A DNA stretch of 64,000 nt from Brucellaceae bacterium (lineage in GTDB: Bacteria > Pseudomonadota > Alphaproteobacteria > Rhizobiales > Rhizobiaceae), in assembly GCA_020637755.1 (NCBI GenBank), contig JACKJW010000009.1:35618-99617 (forward strand). Reading direction: 5' to 3'. This document shows positions 32,845-44,900 of this stretch, piece after piece (the stretch's first letter is position 1; every line of letters begins with the position of its first letter). A program made the position numbers and the translations under genes. The notes beneath the pieces are model-generated. The model saw nothing but the letters and a program-made list of their open reading frames with translations, was not told the origin of the DNA and made no database searches.

Positions 32845-34089
32845 ATGGAGGAACGCGCGGACGCCGTGATCGTGGGGGCCGGTATTGTCGGCATCGCCAC
32901 CGCTGCGCTGCTTGCCGGGCAGGGGCTCTCTGTCACCGTCATCGACCGCAAAGGTATTTGCGAGGAAACCAGTTCCGGCAACGCCGCCGCGCTCGCTTTC
33001 CAGGAAGTGCTTCCGCTGGCCCACAAAGGCATGTGGAAGAAAGTGCCGTTCTGGCTGACCGACCCGCTCGGCCCCCTGTCAATCCCGCCCGCCTATCTGC
33101 CGCGTCTCGCCCCCTGGCTTCTGCGCTTCCTGCGGGCAGGTAGTCCAGCCCGGCTCAGCACAGCCGTTGCTGCCCAGTCCAGCCTGATGCGGCTTGCGGA
33201 AAGCGAATGGACAGGTTTGGCAGACCGCGCGGGCATCGCCGCCATGATCCGCCACGACGGCTGCCTCGAACTCTACGACTCGGCGCGTTCCTTCGAAGCC
33301 GCCCGGAAGGGCTACGCCTTGCGCCAACAGCACGGATTCGAGGTGCAATTTCCCGGCCGCGACGAGCTGGAGGCGCTTCAGCCGGGCCTGTCGCCCCATT
33401 TCGCCGCCGCCGCCTTCCTGCCCGGCTGGAAGACGGTCGATGATCCGAAGCTGTTCGGGTTGGCAGTCTGGGAACACGCGGCATCACGTGGCGCGCGCTT
33501 CCGCCGCGCAACCGTCACCGGCATCGGCGAAGCCGGAGGTTTCCCTGCCGTCTTGCTGGACGACGGGGCGCAATTGGCGGCCGGTCATGTGGTTATCGCT
33601 GCCGGCGCCTGGTCCCACCGGCTGGCTGCGCAGGCAGGCGACAGCATCCCGCTCGAAACCGAACGCGGCTACAACACCACGCTGCCCGCAACGGCCTTCC
33701 CGCTGAAACGGCAGGTCTTCTTCACCGATCACGGCTTTGTCGCCACACCCCTTTCCACGGGCTTGCGCATCGGTGGCGCGGTCGAACTCGGCGGCCTCGA
33801 CCGCCCGCCCAACCATGCCCGCAGCAAGGCCATGCTGAAAAAGGCTTCCCGCTTCCTGCCCGGCCTCGACACGGCGGGCGGCCGGGAATGGATGGGCTAC
33901 CGGCCGTCCACCCCGGATTCCCTGCCGGTCATCGGCCGGTCGCGCAACAGCCACCGCATCATCCACGCCTTCGGCCACGGCCATCTGGGCCTCACACAGG
34001 CCGCTGCGACAGGGCGCCTTGTCGCCGGGATCGTGTCGGACCAGCCCCCTCCCATCGACGTCGCCCCCTTCAGCCCGCAAAGGTTTTGA
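32845..34089 (+). CDS. FAD-dependent D-amino acid (probable D-hydroxyproline) dehydrogenase
   Basis: VGAGIVG, TSSGNA, WMGYRPSTPDSLPVIG, FGHGHLGLT. Confidence 0.85.
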   Translation: MEERADAVIVGAGIVGIATAALLAGQGLSVTVIDRKGICEETSSGNAAALAFQEVLPLAHKGMWKKVPFWLTDPLGPLSIPPAYLPRLAPWLLRFLRAGSPARLSTAVAAQSSLMRLAESEWTGLADRAGIAAMIRHDGCLELYDSARSFEAARKGYALRQQHGFEVQFPGRDELEALQPGLSPHFAAAAFLPGWKTVDDPKLFGLAVWEHAASRGARFRRATVTGIGEAGGFPAVLLDDGAQLAAGHVVIAAGAWSHRLAAQAGDSIPLETERGYNTTLPATAFPLKRQVFFTDHGFVATPLSTGLRIGGAVELGGLDRPPNHARSKAMLKKASRFLPGLDTAGGREWMGYRPSTPDSLPVIGRSRNSHRIIHAFGHGHLGLTQAAATGRLVAGIVSDQPPPIDVAPFSPQRF

Positions 34090-34092
34090 GCC

Positions 34093-35094
34093 ATGGCCCG
34101 CCATTCCTTCTTCTGCATCGACGGCCACACCTGCGGAAATCCGGTCCGCCTTGTCGCCGGCGGCGGGCCGTTGCTCAATGGAAGCTCCATGATGGAGCGC
34201 CGCGCCGACTTTCTCGCCCACCATGACTGGATCCGCACCGGCCTGATGTTCGAGCCGCGCGGCCATGACATGATGTCGGGTTCGATCCTCTACCCCCCGA
34301 CGCGTCCCGATTGCGATGTTGGCGTGCTCTACATCGAGACCTCCGGCTGCCTGCCCATGTGTGGCCACGGAACGATCGGCACGGTCACATTCGCCATCGA
34401 GCATGGGCTCGTGCGCCCACGCACACCCGGCACGCTGATGCTGGATACACCGGCAGGACCAGTGCGTGCCGATTATACGATGCAGGGTGAATACGTCGAG
34501 GAAGTGCGCCTCACCAATGTGGCCTCGTACCTCCATGCGCAGGGCTGGGAAGTGGAATGTCCGGATCTGGGGCTCCTCAAGGTCGATGTCGCATATGGCG
34601 GAAATTTTTACGCCATCATTGAACCTCAGGAAAACTACCGCGGTATGGCGGACCATTCCGCGGCCGACCTGATCGCCTGGAGCCCGGTGGTCCGCCAGCG
34701 CCTGAACGAGACCTATTCGCTCGCGCATCCCGAAAAGCCGGAGATCAACCGCGTGACCCATGTCCTGTGGACTGGCAAGCCGACCGTTCAGGGCGCGCAC
34801 GCCCGCAACGCCGTCTTCTACGGTGACAAGGCCATCGACCGCTCGCCCTGCGGCACCGGCACGTCAGCGCGCATGGCGCAGCTGGCAGCGCGCGGCGACC
34901 TCAAGCCCGGCGACGATTTCATCCACGAATCGATCATCGGTTCGCTCTTCAAGGGGCGTGTGGAGGCGCAAACCACACTGGGTGGACGGCCCGCCATCAT
35001 CCCCTCAATTGCCGGATGGGCCCGAATGACAGGACTGAACACGATTTTCATCGACGGCCGCGACCCCTTCGCCAAGGGCTTTTCCGTGCTGTGA
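34093..35094 (+). CDS. 4-hydroxyproline 2-epimerase (proline racemase family)
   Basis: MCGHGT and DRSPCGTGTS catalytic Cys pair. Confidence 0.92.
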   Translation: MARHSFFCIDGHTCGNPVRLVAGGGPLLNGSSMMERRADFLAHHDWIRTGLMFEPRGHDMMSGSILYPPTRPDCDVGVLYIETSGCLPMCGHGTIGTVTFAIEHGLVRPRTPGTLMLDTPAGPVRADYTMQGEYVEEVRLTNVASYLHAQGWEVECPDLGLLKVDVAYGGNFYAIIEPQENYRGMADHSAADLIAWSPVVRQRLNETYSLAHPEKPEINRVTHVLWTGKPTVQGAHARNAVFYGDKAIDRSPCGTGTSARMAQLAARGDLKPGDDFIHESIIGSLFKGRVEAQTTLGGRPAIIPSIAGWARMTGLNTIFIDGRDPFAKGFSVL

Positions 35095-35422
35095 AGATTA
35101 TTGGCCGGCCAATCAATTTCCGCAGACCGGCTGGGTGCCATTTGCAAGGTTTCACCACATTGCGGAAGATTGGCGCAAAATACCGCCTTTTGAAGGCCGA
35201 AATCGCTTCAAAAAGTCTGGGACTTTGCGCATTGCTGATGCTAGGAAAATAAGCGGACGGCATTCAACCTTCGTCGGAGGGTGCCATTTGCAGGCTTCAC
35301 GGTACGCCGGTGCAAGCCTGTTGTAATGGCGGACGGAGCGGCTAAAGTCGGACGCACAAATAACCGCGCAAAAAGCGCAGGCCCGGGTCCCGCCATGGGG
35401 ACCGGAGGCACAGGGGAACGGC

Positions 35423-36357
<935 letters not shown>

Positions 36358-36358
<1 letters not shown>

Positions 36359-37797
36359 TGGCCCACCAACCGACCGAAACCAACACACCGGAAGGTGCCC
36401 AGCTCAAGGACGAGAAACGCGCGGCCGCGCCGGAGCTCGTGCCTGACCGCAGCCCGCACACCATGGCGGTCTCGCTGCGCGACGCCTTTCTGGCGACGCT
36501 GCTTGCCGGCGTGCTCGGCTTTTTCTTCCTCGGGCTTCGCACCGATATCGCGCCCGGTGGCCTCGTCCTCTCCACGCGCTGGGGCCTCTATCTGACCGCA
36601 CTGGCCATCGTCTTTTTCGGCCGTCTGGCGCTGAACCTCTTCGTCTTCAAGACCGACAAGCCCGTGACTGCAAAGATCAGCGGATCCGGGCCATCTTCCG
36701 CGACGATGGATGTGGCCGCCCGGTGGCTGAAACGCGCGCTCTTCGGCTTCGCTGTCATCCTGCCCTTCTTCTTCCACTTCCTGTTTCCCGACCGCGACCG
36801 CCAGTTCATTGACCTTGCCATCCTGATCATGACCTACATCATGCTCGGCTGGGGCCTGAACATCGTGGTTGGTCTCGCCGGCCTGCTCGATCTGGGATAC
36901 GTCGCCTTTTATGCGGTCGGTGCCTACTCCTTTGCCCTGCTGGCCCAGAATCTGGGCTTCGGCTTCTGGATGGCGCTGCCGCTGGCCGGTATTCTCGCCG
37001 CTTTCTGGGGCATCATCCTGGGCTTTCCGGTTCTGCGCCTGCGCGGCGACTATCTGGCCATCGTGACGCTGGCCTTTGGTGAGATCATCCGTGTCGTGCT
37101 GCTCAACTGGTACAACTTCACCGGCGGCCCTGACGGCCTGTCAGGCATCCCGAAGCCCACCTTCTTTGGCCTCGAATTCAAGCGCGGTGAAGGCGGTTTC
37201 GCCGACTTCTTTGGCCTCACCTATGATCCGATCCAGCGCTTCATCTATCTCTATTACATCATCTTCATCCTGGCGATCATCACCAACATCGTGACGATGC
37301 GCATGCGCAAGATGCCGATCGGCCGCGCCTGGGAAGCGCTGCGTGAGGATGAGATCGCCTGCCGTTCGCTTGGCATCAACACCACCAACACCAAGCTGAC
37401 TGCCTTCTCGCTTGGCGCCATGTTCGGCGGCTTTGCCGGTTCGTTCTTTGCCACCCGCCAGGGTTTCATCTCGCCGGAAAGCTTCACCTTTCTGGAGTCA
37501 GCCATCATCCTGGCCATCGTCGTGCTCGGCGGTCTCGGCTCGCAGATTGGCGTTGTCGTTGCCTCCATCGTCATGATCGGCGGCATCGAGCTGCTGCGAA
37601 ACCTCGGCTTCCTGCAGTCCATTTTCGGGGCAGGCTTCGACCCGACCCAGTACCGCATGCTGATCTTTGGCATCGCCATGGTCGGCATCATGGTCTGGAA
37701 ACCGCGTGGCCTGGTCTCCACGCGCGAACCATCGGCCGTCCTGAAGGAAAAGAAGCGCATCGGCGCCGACATGGTCGCACAGGGCGAGGGACACTGA
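36358..37797 (+). CDS. livM: Branched-chain amino acid ABC permease
   Basis: GLNIVVGLAGLLDLGYVAFY, LRLRGDYLAIVTLAFGEI. Confidence 0.93.
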
Positions 37798-37798
37798 G

Positions 37799-39328
37799 AT
37801 GGCTGTCGATATCACCATGGAAGCCGGCGCTGGCTACAACTGGGACAAGGACCCGGTGCTGACCGTCGAACATCTCACCATGCGCTTCGGCGGGCTGGTC
37901 GCCATCAACGACCTGTCCTTCAATGTCGGGCGCGGCGACATCACGGCCTTGATCGGGCCAAACGGCGCGGGCAAGACCACCGTCTTCAACTGCGTCACCG
38001 GTTTCTACAAACCGACCGAAGGGCGCATCGTCATGCGCCACGGCCCGGGCCAGCAAGCCACCGAAGTCGAGGCACTGACCGATTCCGGCCAGCAGTGGCG
38101 CAGGACCAAGGCCGGCGCGGTCTTCCTTCTGGAGCGCATGCCGGATTTCGAGATTTCGGCGCGCGCCAAGGTCGCCCGCACTTTCCAGAACATCCGCCTC
38201 TTCGGTGGCATGACCGTGCTGGAAAACCTTCTGGTCGCCCAGCACAACCCGCTGATGGATGCGTCGAACTTCACGATCGGCGGCATTCTGGGCCTCGGCG
38301 GCTACCGCAAGGCGGAGACAACGGCGGTGGAACAGGCCGTCTACTGGCTGGAGCAGGTCAACCTGATTGACCGTGCCGACGACCCGGCAGGCGACCTGCC
38401 CTATGGAGCCCAGCGCCGTCTGGAAATTGCGCGCGCCATGTGTTCCGGCCCGCATCTTCTCTGCCTCGACGAACCGGCCGCCGGCCTCAACCCGCGCGAA
38501 TCCGCCGAGCTCAATGACCTGCTGCAATTCATCCGCCGCGAGCACAACACGTCGATCCTGCTCATCGAGCATGACATGGGCGTGGTGATGGAAATCTCCG
38601 ACCATGTCGTGGTGCTCGACTACGGCCAGAAGATTTCCGACGGCAGCGCGCAAGCCGTGCGCAACGATCCCAAGGTGATCGCGGCCTATCTCGGCGTCGA
38701 TGACGAGAGCGACATTGACGAGGACGAGGCAGGGGAGACGCCCTCTGCCGAGGCCGCACCGGCAAAGCCGGTCTCTGCCATTGCGGCGATGAGCGCCCAT
38801 GCCGCCACCGGCAAGATGCCAGAAGGTGGTGTGAGCTCCGGCGCGCCCGCAAACGCTGCAGCGGCGAAGACCGCAACGAAGGCTGCGGTAAAACCTGCTG
38901 GGCAAAAGAAACCCGCCGCAAAGACAAAGCCTGCCGCCAAAAGCGCTGCGAAGTCCGCCGCGCCGGTCTCGCCCACGCCGCTGACCGAAGCCGAGGCAAA
39001 GCTGCCGGGCGCCAAGCCGTCCGTTTTGGCCGCGCCCGAAGGGACGGCCGACAACCTGACCCGCATCAAGGGCATCGGCCCGAAGAACGAGGGCAAGCTC
39101 AACGAACTTGGCATTTTCCATTTCCGCCAGATTGCCGCCTGGAAGAAAAAGGAGGCGGAATGGGTGGGTGCCTACATGGCCTTCCCAGGGCGCATCGAGC
39201 GTGAGGAGTGGATTGCACAGGCCAAACTGCTGGCCAGGGGCAAGGATACCGAATTCTCCAGACGGGTTGATTCCGGCAAGGTGGCAACCAGCCGCGCAAC
39301 GGGCGCACGCAAGGGAGGCAAGGCATGA
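37799..39328 (+). CDS. livG: Branched-chain amino acid ABC ATPase with ~200-aa C-terminal extension
   Basis: GPNGAGKT, LDEPAAG, VIAAYLG, then Ala/Lys/Pro linker and DNLTRIKGIGP domain. Confidence 0.9.
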   Translation: MAVDITMEAGAGYNWDKDPVLTVEHLTMRFGGLVAINDLSFNVGRGDITALIGPNGAGKTTVFNCVTGFYKPTEGRIVMRHGPGQQATEVEALTDSGQQWRRTKAGAVFLLERMPDFEISARAKVARTFQNIRLFGGMTVLENLLVAQHNPLMDASNFTIGGILGLGGYRKAETTAVEQAVYWLEQVNLIDRADDPAGDLPYGAQRRLEIARAMCSGPHLLCLDEPAAGLNPRESAELNDLLQFIRREHNTSILLIEHDMGVVMEISDHVVVLDYGQKISDGSAQAVRNDPKVIAAYLGVDDESDIDEDEAGETPSAEAAPAKPVSAIAAMSAHAATGKMPEGGVSSGAPANAAAAKTATKAAVKPAGQKKPAAKTKPAAKSAAKSAAPVSPTPLTEAEAKLPGAKPSVLAAPEGTADNLTRIKGIGPKNEGKLNELGIFHFRQIAAWKKKEAEWVGAYMAFPGRIEREEWIAQAKLLARGKDTEFSRRVDSGKVATSRATGARKGGKA

Positions 39329-40059
39329 GCGCGGACAACGGCACCCTGCTCGCCGTTCGCGGCGTCGAAACCTATTACGGCAAGATCATCGCACTGAAGG
39401 GCGTCGACATCGATGTCCACCGCGGCGAGATCGTCACGCTGATCGGAGCCAACGGCGCCGGCAAATCCACGCTGATGATGACCATCTGCGGCAAGCCTCA
39501 GGCCCGCACCGGCCAGATTGTCTATGACGGCACCGACATCACGCTGATGCCAACCCACGAGATCATGCGCATGGGCATTGCCCAGTCGCCCGAGGGCCGG
39601 CGCATCTTCCCGCGCATGACGGTCATGGAAAACCTCCAGATGGGCGCGAGCCTCGTCGAGGACAAGCATTTCGACGACGACATCCGCAAGGTGTTCGACC
39701 TGTTCCCGCGCCTGAAGGAACGTATCACGCAGCGCGGCGGCACGCTGTCGGGCGGCGAACAGCAGATGCTGGCGATTGCCCGGGCCCTGATGAGCCGGCC
39801 CAAGCTGCTGCTGCTGGACGAACCGTCGCTGGGCCTCGCCCCCCTGATCGTCAAGCAGATCTTCGATGCCATCCGCGAGCTGAACGCCAATGAGGGCCTG
39901 ACCGTGTTCCTGGTCGAGCAGAACGCTTTCCATGCGCTGAAGCTTGCCCATCGCGGCTATGTGATGGTCAACGGCGAGATCACCATGAGCGGCGCAGGAC
40001 GCGAATTGCTGAAACGTCCCGAAGTGCGTGCCGCCTATCTGGAAGGAGGGCATCACTGA
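39325..40059 (+). CDS. livF: Branched-chain amino acid ABC ATPase
   Basis: GANGAGKS, LSGGEQQM, LDEPSLGLAP. Confidence 0.94.
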   Translation: MSADNGTLLAVRGVETYYGKIIALKGVDIDVHRGEIVTLIGANGAGKSTLMMTICGKPQARTGQIVYDGTDITLMPTHEIMRMGIAQSPEGRRIFPRMTVMENLQMGASLVEDKHFDDDIRKVFDLFPRLKERITQRGGTLSGGEQQMLAIARALMSRPKLLLLDEPSLGLAPLIVKQIFDAIRELNANEGLTVFLVEQNAFHALKLAHRGYVMVNGEITMSGAGRELLKRPEVRAAYLEGGHH

Positions 40060-40098
40060 TGTCCCGCACCGCAACCAACCCCGCCGGAGGCCGCTGAC

Positions 40099-40449
40099 AT
40101 GGAAGCCCATCCGACCCTGATCTGGGAAATCGGCTTCACCGAGTTCCTGTTTGTCACCGTCGTGCTTGGCGGCGGAGCCGCATGGATGACCGGCCGCGCC
40201 GTTGCCCAGTCCTGGAAGCCCGTCTCCAGCTTGGTGATCTATGTCGTGCTGCTGGCTGCTGCCGTTCGCTTCATCCATTTTGCCCTGTTCCATGGCACGC
40301 TGATCGCGCCCTGGTACTATCTGGTCGATCTCGTGGTGCTGGGCGCGATTGCCTGGGCAGGCATGCGCTTCACCCGCGCGCGCCAGATGGCGACCCAGTA
40401 TTCCTTTGCATTCGATGCGTCCGGACCCTTTGGCTGGAAGCGCCGCTGA
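40099..40449 (+). CDS. Small membrane protein within the liv operon
   Basis: Three hydrophobic segments, GGAGG RBS, RARQMATQY motif. Confidence 0.8.
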   Translation: MEAHPTLIWEIGFTEFLFVTVVLGGGAAWMTGRAVAQSWKPVSSLVIYVVLLAAAVRFIHFALFHGTLIAPWYYLVDLVVLGAIAWAGMRFTRARQMATQYSFAFDASGPFGWKRR

Positions 40450-40637
40450 GCCGGTCAACCCTTCCTGTCAACCATGAGGAAAAAGCCGAAAAAAGGTTAC
40501 GCCTAATCGCTTTATTTCCGGGCCGAATTGGGCTTTGATGCCCGTCAAGCGGGTCCGGGATCCGTACAAGCCGGCACATGGAAACCCACCCGCCTTGCCG
40601 GCAGGGGAAATCCACAGGGTGCAACATGGGAGTTATC

Positions 40638-41735
40638 ATGAAGAAGATCCTTATGGCTGGCGTGGCGCTGAGCTTCGCCCTTTCCACACCGGCCTTCGCC
40701 GACATCACCATCGCCACTGCCGGCCCGATGACCGGCCAGTACGCCTCCTTCGGCGCCCAGATGAAGGCCGGTGCCGAGCAGGCCGTCGAGGACATCAATG
40801 CCGCCGGCGGCGTGAACGGTGAAATGCTGAAGCTGGAAATCGGCGACGATGCGTGCGACCCCAAGCAGGCCGTGGCTGTCGCCAACCAGATGGCCTCCGC
40901 CGGCGTGAAGTTCATGGCGGGCCACTTCTGCTCGGGTTCCTCGATCCCGGCTTCGGCCATCTACGCCGAGGAAGGCATCGTGCAGATCTCGCCGGCCTCC
41001 ACCAACCCGAAGTACACCGACGAGCGCCCCGGTCCGGGCACGATGCGCGTCTGCGGCCGTGACGACCAGCAGGGCGACGTGGCCGGCAAGTTCCTGGCTG
41101 AAAAGTTCGCCGGCAAGAAGGTCGCCTTCGTCCATGACAAGACGGCTTACGGCAAGGGTCTCGCCGATGCCACCATGGCCACCTACGAGGCGGCCGGCGG
41201 CAAGCCCGCCCTCTACGAAGCCTACACCGCCGGTGAAAAGGACTATTCGGCTCTCGTCTCCAAGCTGAAGGCCGAGGGCGTCGATGTGCTCTATGTCGGC
41301 GGCTACCACACCGAAGCCGGCCTGATGGCCCGCCAGATGAAGGAGCAGGGCATGACCACCGTGCTCGTCTCCGGTGACGCGCTGGTGACCGACGAGTACT
41401 GGGCCATCACCGGCGACGCCGGCGAAGGCACGCTGATGACCTTCTCGCCCGATCCGCGCAAGAACCCCGATGCGGCCCCGCTCGTCGAGAAGTTCCGCGC
41501 CAAGGGCATCGAGCCGGAAGGCTACGTGCTCTACACCTACGCTGCCGTGCAGGCTTGGGCACAGGCTGCCACCACCGCCAAGTCGGCCGATTTCGATCCG
41601 GTCGTGAAGGCGCTCCAGGAAGGCAAGTTCAACACCGTGCTCGGTGAACTTTCCTTCAACGACAAGGGCGACGTGACCCTGCCGGGCTACGTCTTCTACG
41701 AATGGAAGGCCGGCAAGTACGATTACCTGCAGTAA
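40638..41735 (+). CDS. Branched-chain amino acid ABC substrate-binding protein (LivK/LivJ)
   Basis: Signal peptide, AGPMTG, DDACDPKQA, GHFCSGSS. Confidence 0.94.
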   Translation: MKKILMAGVALSFALSTPAFADITIATAGPMTGQYASFGAQMKAGAEQAVEDINAAGGVNGEMLKLEIGDDACDPKQAVAVANQMASAGVKFMAGHFCSGSSIPASAIYAEEGIVQISPASTNPKYTDERPGPGTMRVCGRDDQQGDVAGKFLAEKFAGKKVAFVHDKTAYGKGLADATMATYEAAGGKPALYEAYTAGEKDYSALVSKLKAEGVDVLYVGGYHTEAGLMARQMKEQGMTTVLVSGDALVTDEYWAITGDAGEGTLMTFSPDPRKNPDAAPLVEKFRAKGIEPEGYVLYTYAAVQAWAQAATTAKSADFDPVVKALQEGKFNTVLGELSFNDKGDVTLPGYVFYEWKAGKYDYLQ

Positions 41736-41756
41736 TCCTCCGCCTGAGCAGAACAC

Positions 41757-41792
41757 GAAAGGCCCGGTGCATCGCACCGGGCCTTTCTCTTT
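41757..41792 (+). terminator. Intrinsic terminator
   Basis: Perfect 14-bp stem GAAAGGCCCGGTGC/GCACCGGGCCTTTC followed by TCTTT. Confidence 0.85.
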
Positions 41793-41907
41793 GCGCTTTT
41801 CCCGGAACGCCATGACTGGTAAAGAAATTTGACCAAGTTTAGTGACTTCGCAGATGCACAATAATTTGGTAGGATGATTTAACCGATTTAAAACGTGGAG
41901 TGATCCC

Positions 41908-44900
41908 TTGGCCATCAGCAAGATCCTCGTTGCCAACCGTTCCGAAATCGCAATCCGCGTCTTCCGCGCAGCCAACGAGCTGGGCCTGAAGACCGTGGCG
42001 ATCTGGGCCGAGGAGGACAAGTATTCCCTGCACCGGTTCAAGGCTGACGAGAGCTACCAGATCGGCCGCGGGCCGCATCTGGCCAAGGATCTGGGCCCGA
42101 TCGAGGCCTATCTTTCCATCGATGAGGTAATTCGCGTTGCGCGCCTTTCCGGCGCCGATGCCATCCATCCCGGCTACGGACTGCTGTCGGAAAGCCCGGA
42201 ATTCGCAGATGCCTGCGCCGAAGCCGGCATCCTCTTCATCGGGCCCCGGCCCGATACCATGCGCAGGCTCGGCAACAAGGTCGCCGCGCGCAATCTCGCC
42301 ATCGAGGTCGGCGTCCCTGTCATCCCGGCGACAGACCCGCTGCCTGGCGACATGGCCGAAGTGCACAGGATGGCGCAGGCCGTCGGCTATCCGGTGATGC
42401 TGAAGGCCTCCTGGGGTGGCGGCGGGCGCGGCATGCGCGTCATCCGCAAGGCCGGGGACCTCGAACGCGAGGTGACCGAGGCCAAGCGCGAGGCCAAGGC
42501 AGCCTTTGGCAAGGACGAAGTCTACCTGGAAAAGCTGATCGAGCACGCCCGCCATGTGGAAGTGCAGGTGCTGGGCGACACCCACGGCAATTGTGTCCAC
42601 CTGTTCGAGCGTGACTGCTCCATCCAGCGCCGTAACCAGAAGGTCGTCGAGCGCGCGCCCGCGCCCTACCTGGATGATGCCCAGCGTGCCGAGCTTTCCG
42701 GCCACGCGCTGAAACTCGCCCGCGCCACCAGCTATGTTGGCGCCGGCACGGTCGAATTCCTGATGGATGCCGATACCGGCAAGGTCTATTTCATCGAGGT
42801 CAATCCGCGCATCCAGGTCGAGCACACGGTCACCGAGGAAGTGACCGGCATCGACATCGTGAAGGCACAGATTCACATTCTCGACGGCTTTGCCATCGGA
42901 ACGCCGGAATCCGGAGTCCCTGCGCAGGAAAACATCCGGCTGAATGGCCACGCACTGCAATGCCGCATCACCACCGAAGACCCGGAACAGAACTTCATCC
43001 CGGATTATGGCCGCATCACCGCCTACCGCGGCGCCACCGGCTTCGGCATCCGCCTCGACGGCGGCACGGCCTATTCCGGCGCGGTCATCACCCGCTTCTA
43101 CGATCCCCTGCTGGAAAAAGTGACAGCCTGGGCACCCTCGGCGGACGAGGCGATCCACCGCATGGACCGCGCGCTGCGCGAGTTCCGCATCCGTGGTGTT
43201 GCCACCAATCTGACCTTTCTGGAAGCCATCATCAGCCATCCGGAATTCCGCGACAATTCCTACACCACCAAATTCATCGACAACACGCCGGCGCTGTTCA
43301 GCCAGGTCAAGCGCAAGGACCGCGCCACCAAGCTGCTGAATTACCTCGCCGACGTGTCGGTGAACGGCCATCCGGAAGCCCGTGGCCGCCCCATGCCCAA
43401 GGCCGATGCCGCGGCCCCGGTCGTGCCCTTCCATGGCGGTGCTGTCCCGGACGGCACCAAACAGCGTCTGGACAGCGACGGCCCGGTGAAATTCGCCGAG
43501 TGGATGCGCGCGCAAAAACAGGTTCTGATGACCGACACGACCATGCGCGACGGTCACCAGTCGCTGCTGGCGACGCGCATGCGCACCCATGACATCGCGC
43601 ACGTCGCGGGCACCTATGCCCGTGCGCTGCCGCAGCTCCTTTCGCTGGAATGCTGGGGCGGGGCCACCTTCGATGTGGCCATGCGTTTCCTCACTGAAGA
43701 CCCTTGGGAACGTCTTGCGCTGGTGCGCGAGGCCGCGCCCAACCTGCTGCTCCAGATGCTGCTGCGCGGCGCGAATGGCGTCGGCTACACCAACTATCCC
43801 GACAATGTGGTGAAACACTTCGTGCGTCAGGCGGCCGCCGGCGGGGTCGATCTCTTCCGCGTCTTCGACTGCCTGAACTGGGTTGAGAACATGCGCGTCT
43901 CCATGGATGCGGTTTGTGAGGAGAACAGGCTCTGCGAGGCGGCCATCTGCTACACCGGCGACATCCTCGACCCGGACCGCGCCAAGTACGACCTGAAATA
44001 CTACACCGGCCTTGCCCGCGACCTGGAAAAGGCAGGCGCCCATATCATCGCGGTCAAGGACATGGCCGGGTTGCTGAAGCCCGGTGCGGCACGCGTGCTG
44101 TTCAAGGCGCTGCGCGAGGAAACCGGCCTGCCGATCCACTTCCACACCCATGACACGTCCGGCATTTCGGCGGCGACCGTTCTGGCCGCGGTGGAAGCCG
44201 GTGTTGACGCGGTGGATGCAGCGATGGACGCGCTCTCGGGCAACACCTCCCAGCCTTGCCTCGGCTCCATCGTCGAGGCGCTGAAGGGCACGGAACGTGA
44301 CCCTGGCCTCGACACCGAATGGATCCGCCGCCTGTCCTTCTACTGGGAAGCCGTGCGCAACCAGTATGCCGCCTTCGAGAGCGACCTGAAGGGTCCGGCG
44401 TCGGAAGTCTACCTGCACGAGATGCCGGGCGGCCAGTTCACCAACCTGAAAGAGCAGGCCCGCTCGCTGGGATTGGAAACCCGCTGGCACGAGGTGGCCC
44501 GCGCCTATCACGATGCCAACATGATGTTCGGCGATATCGTCAAGGTCACTCCCTCCTCCAAGGTGGTCGGCGATATGGCCCTGATGATGGTCAGCCAGGA
44601 CCTGACGGTCGCCGATGTGGAAAACCCGGCCAAAGACATTGCCTTCCCGGATTCCGTCATCTCCATGCTGAAGGGTGATCTGGGCCAGCCGCCGGCTGGC
44701 TGGCCGGAAGCCTTGCAGAAAAAGGCGTTGAAGGGCGAAAAACCCTATGTCGAGCGCCCCGGCGCGCTGCTGCCCGATGCCGATCTCAAGGCGAAGCGCG
44801 CGGAAATCGAGGAAAAGCTCGGCCGCAAGCTCTCCGAATTCGAATTCGCCTCATGGCTGATGTACCCCAAGGTCTTCTCCGATTTCGCTCTGGCCGCCGA

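Noticed and set aside
35095-35108. Partial match of the putative guide (AGATTATTGGCCGG) upstream of livH
   Set aside because: Needs a gap and a mismatch; not convincing.
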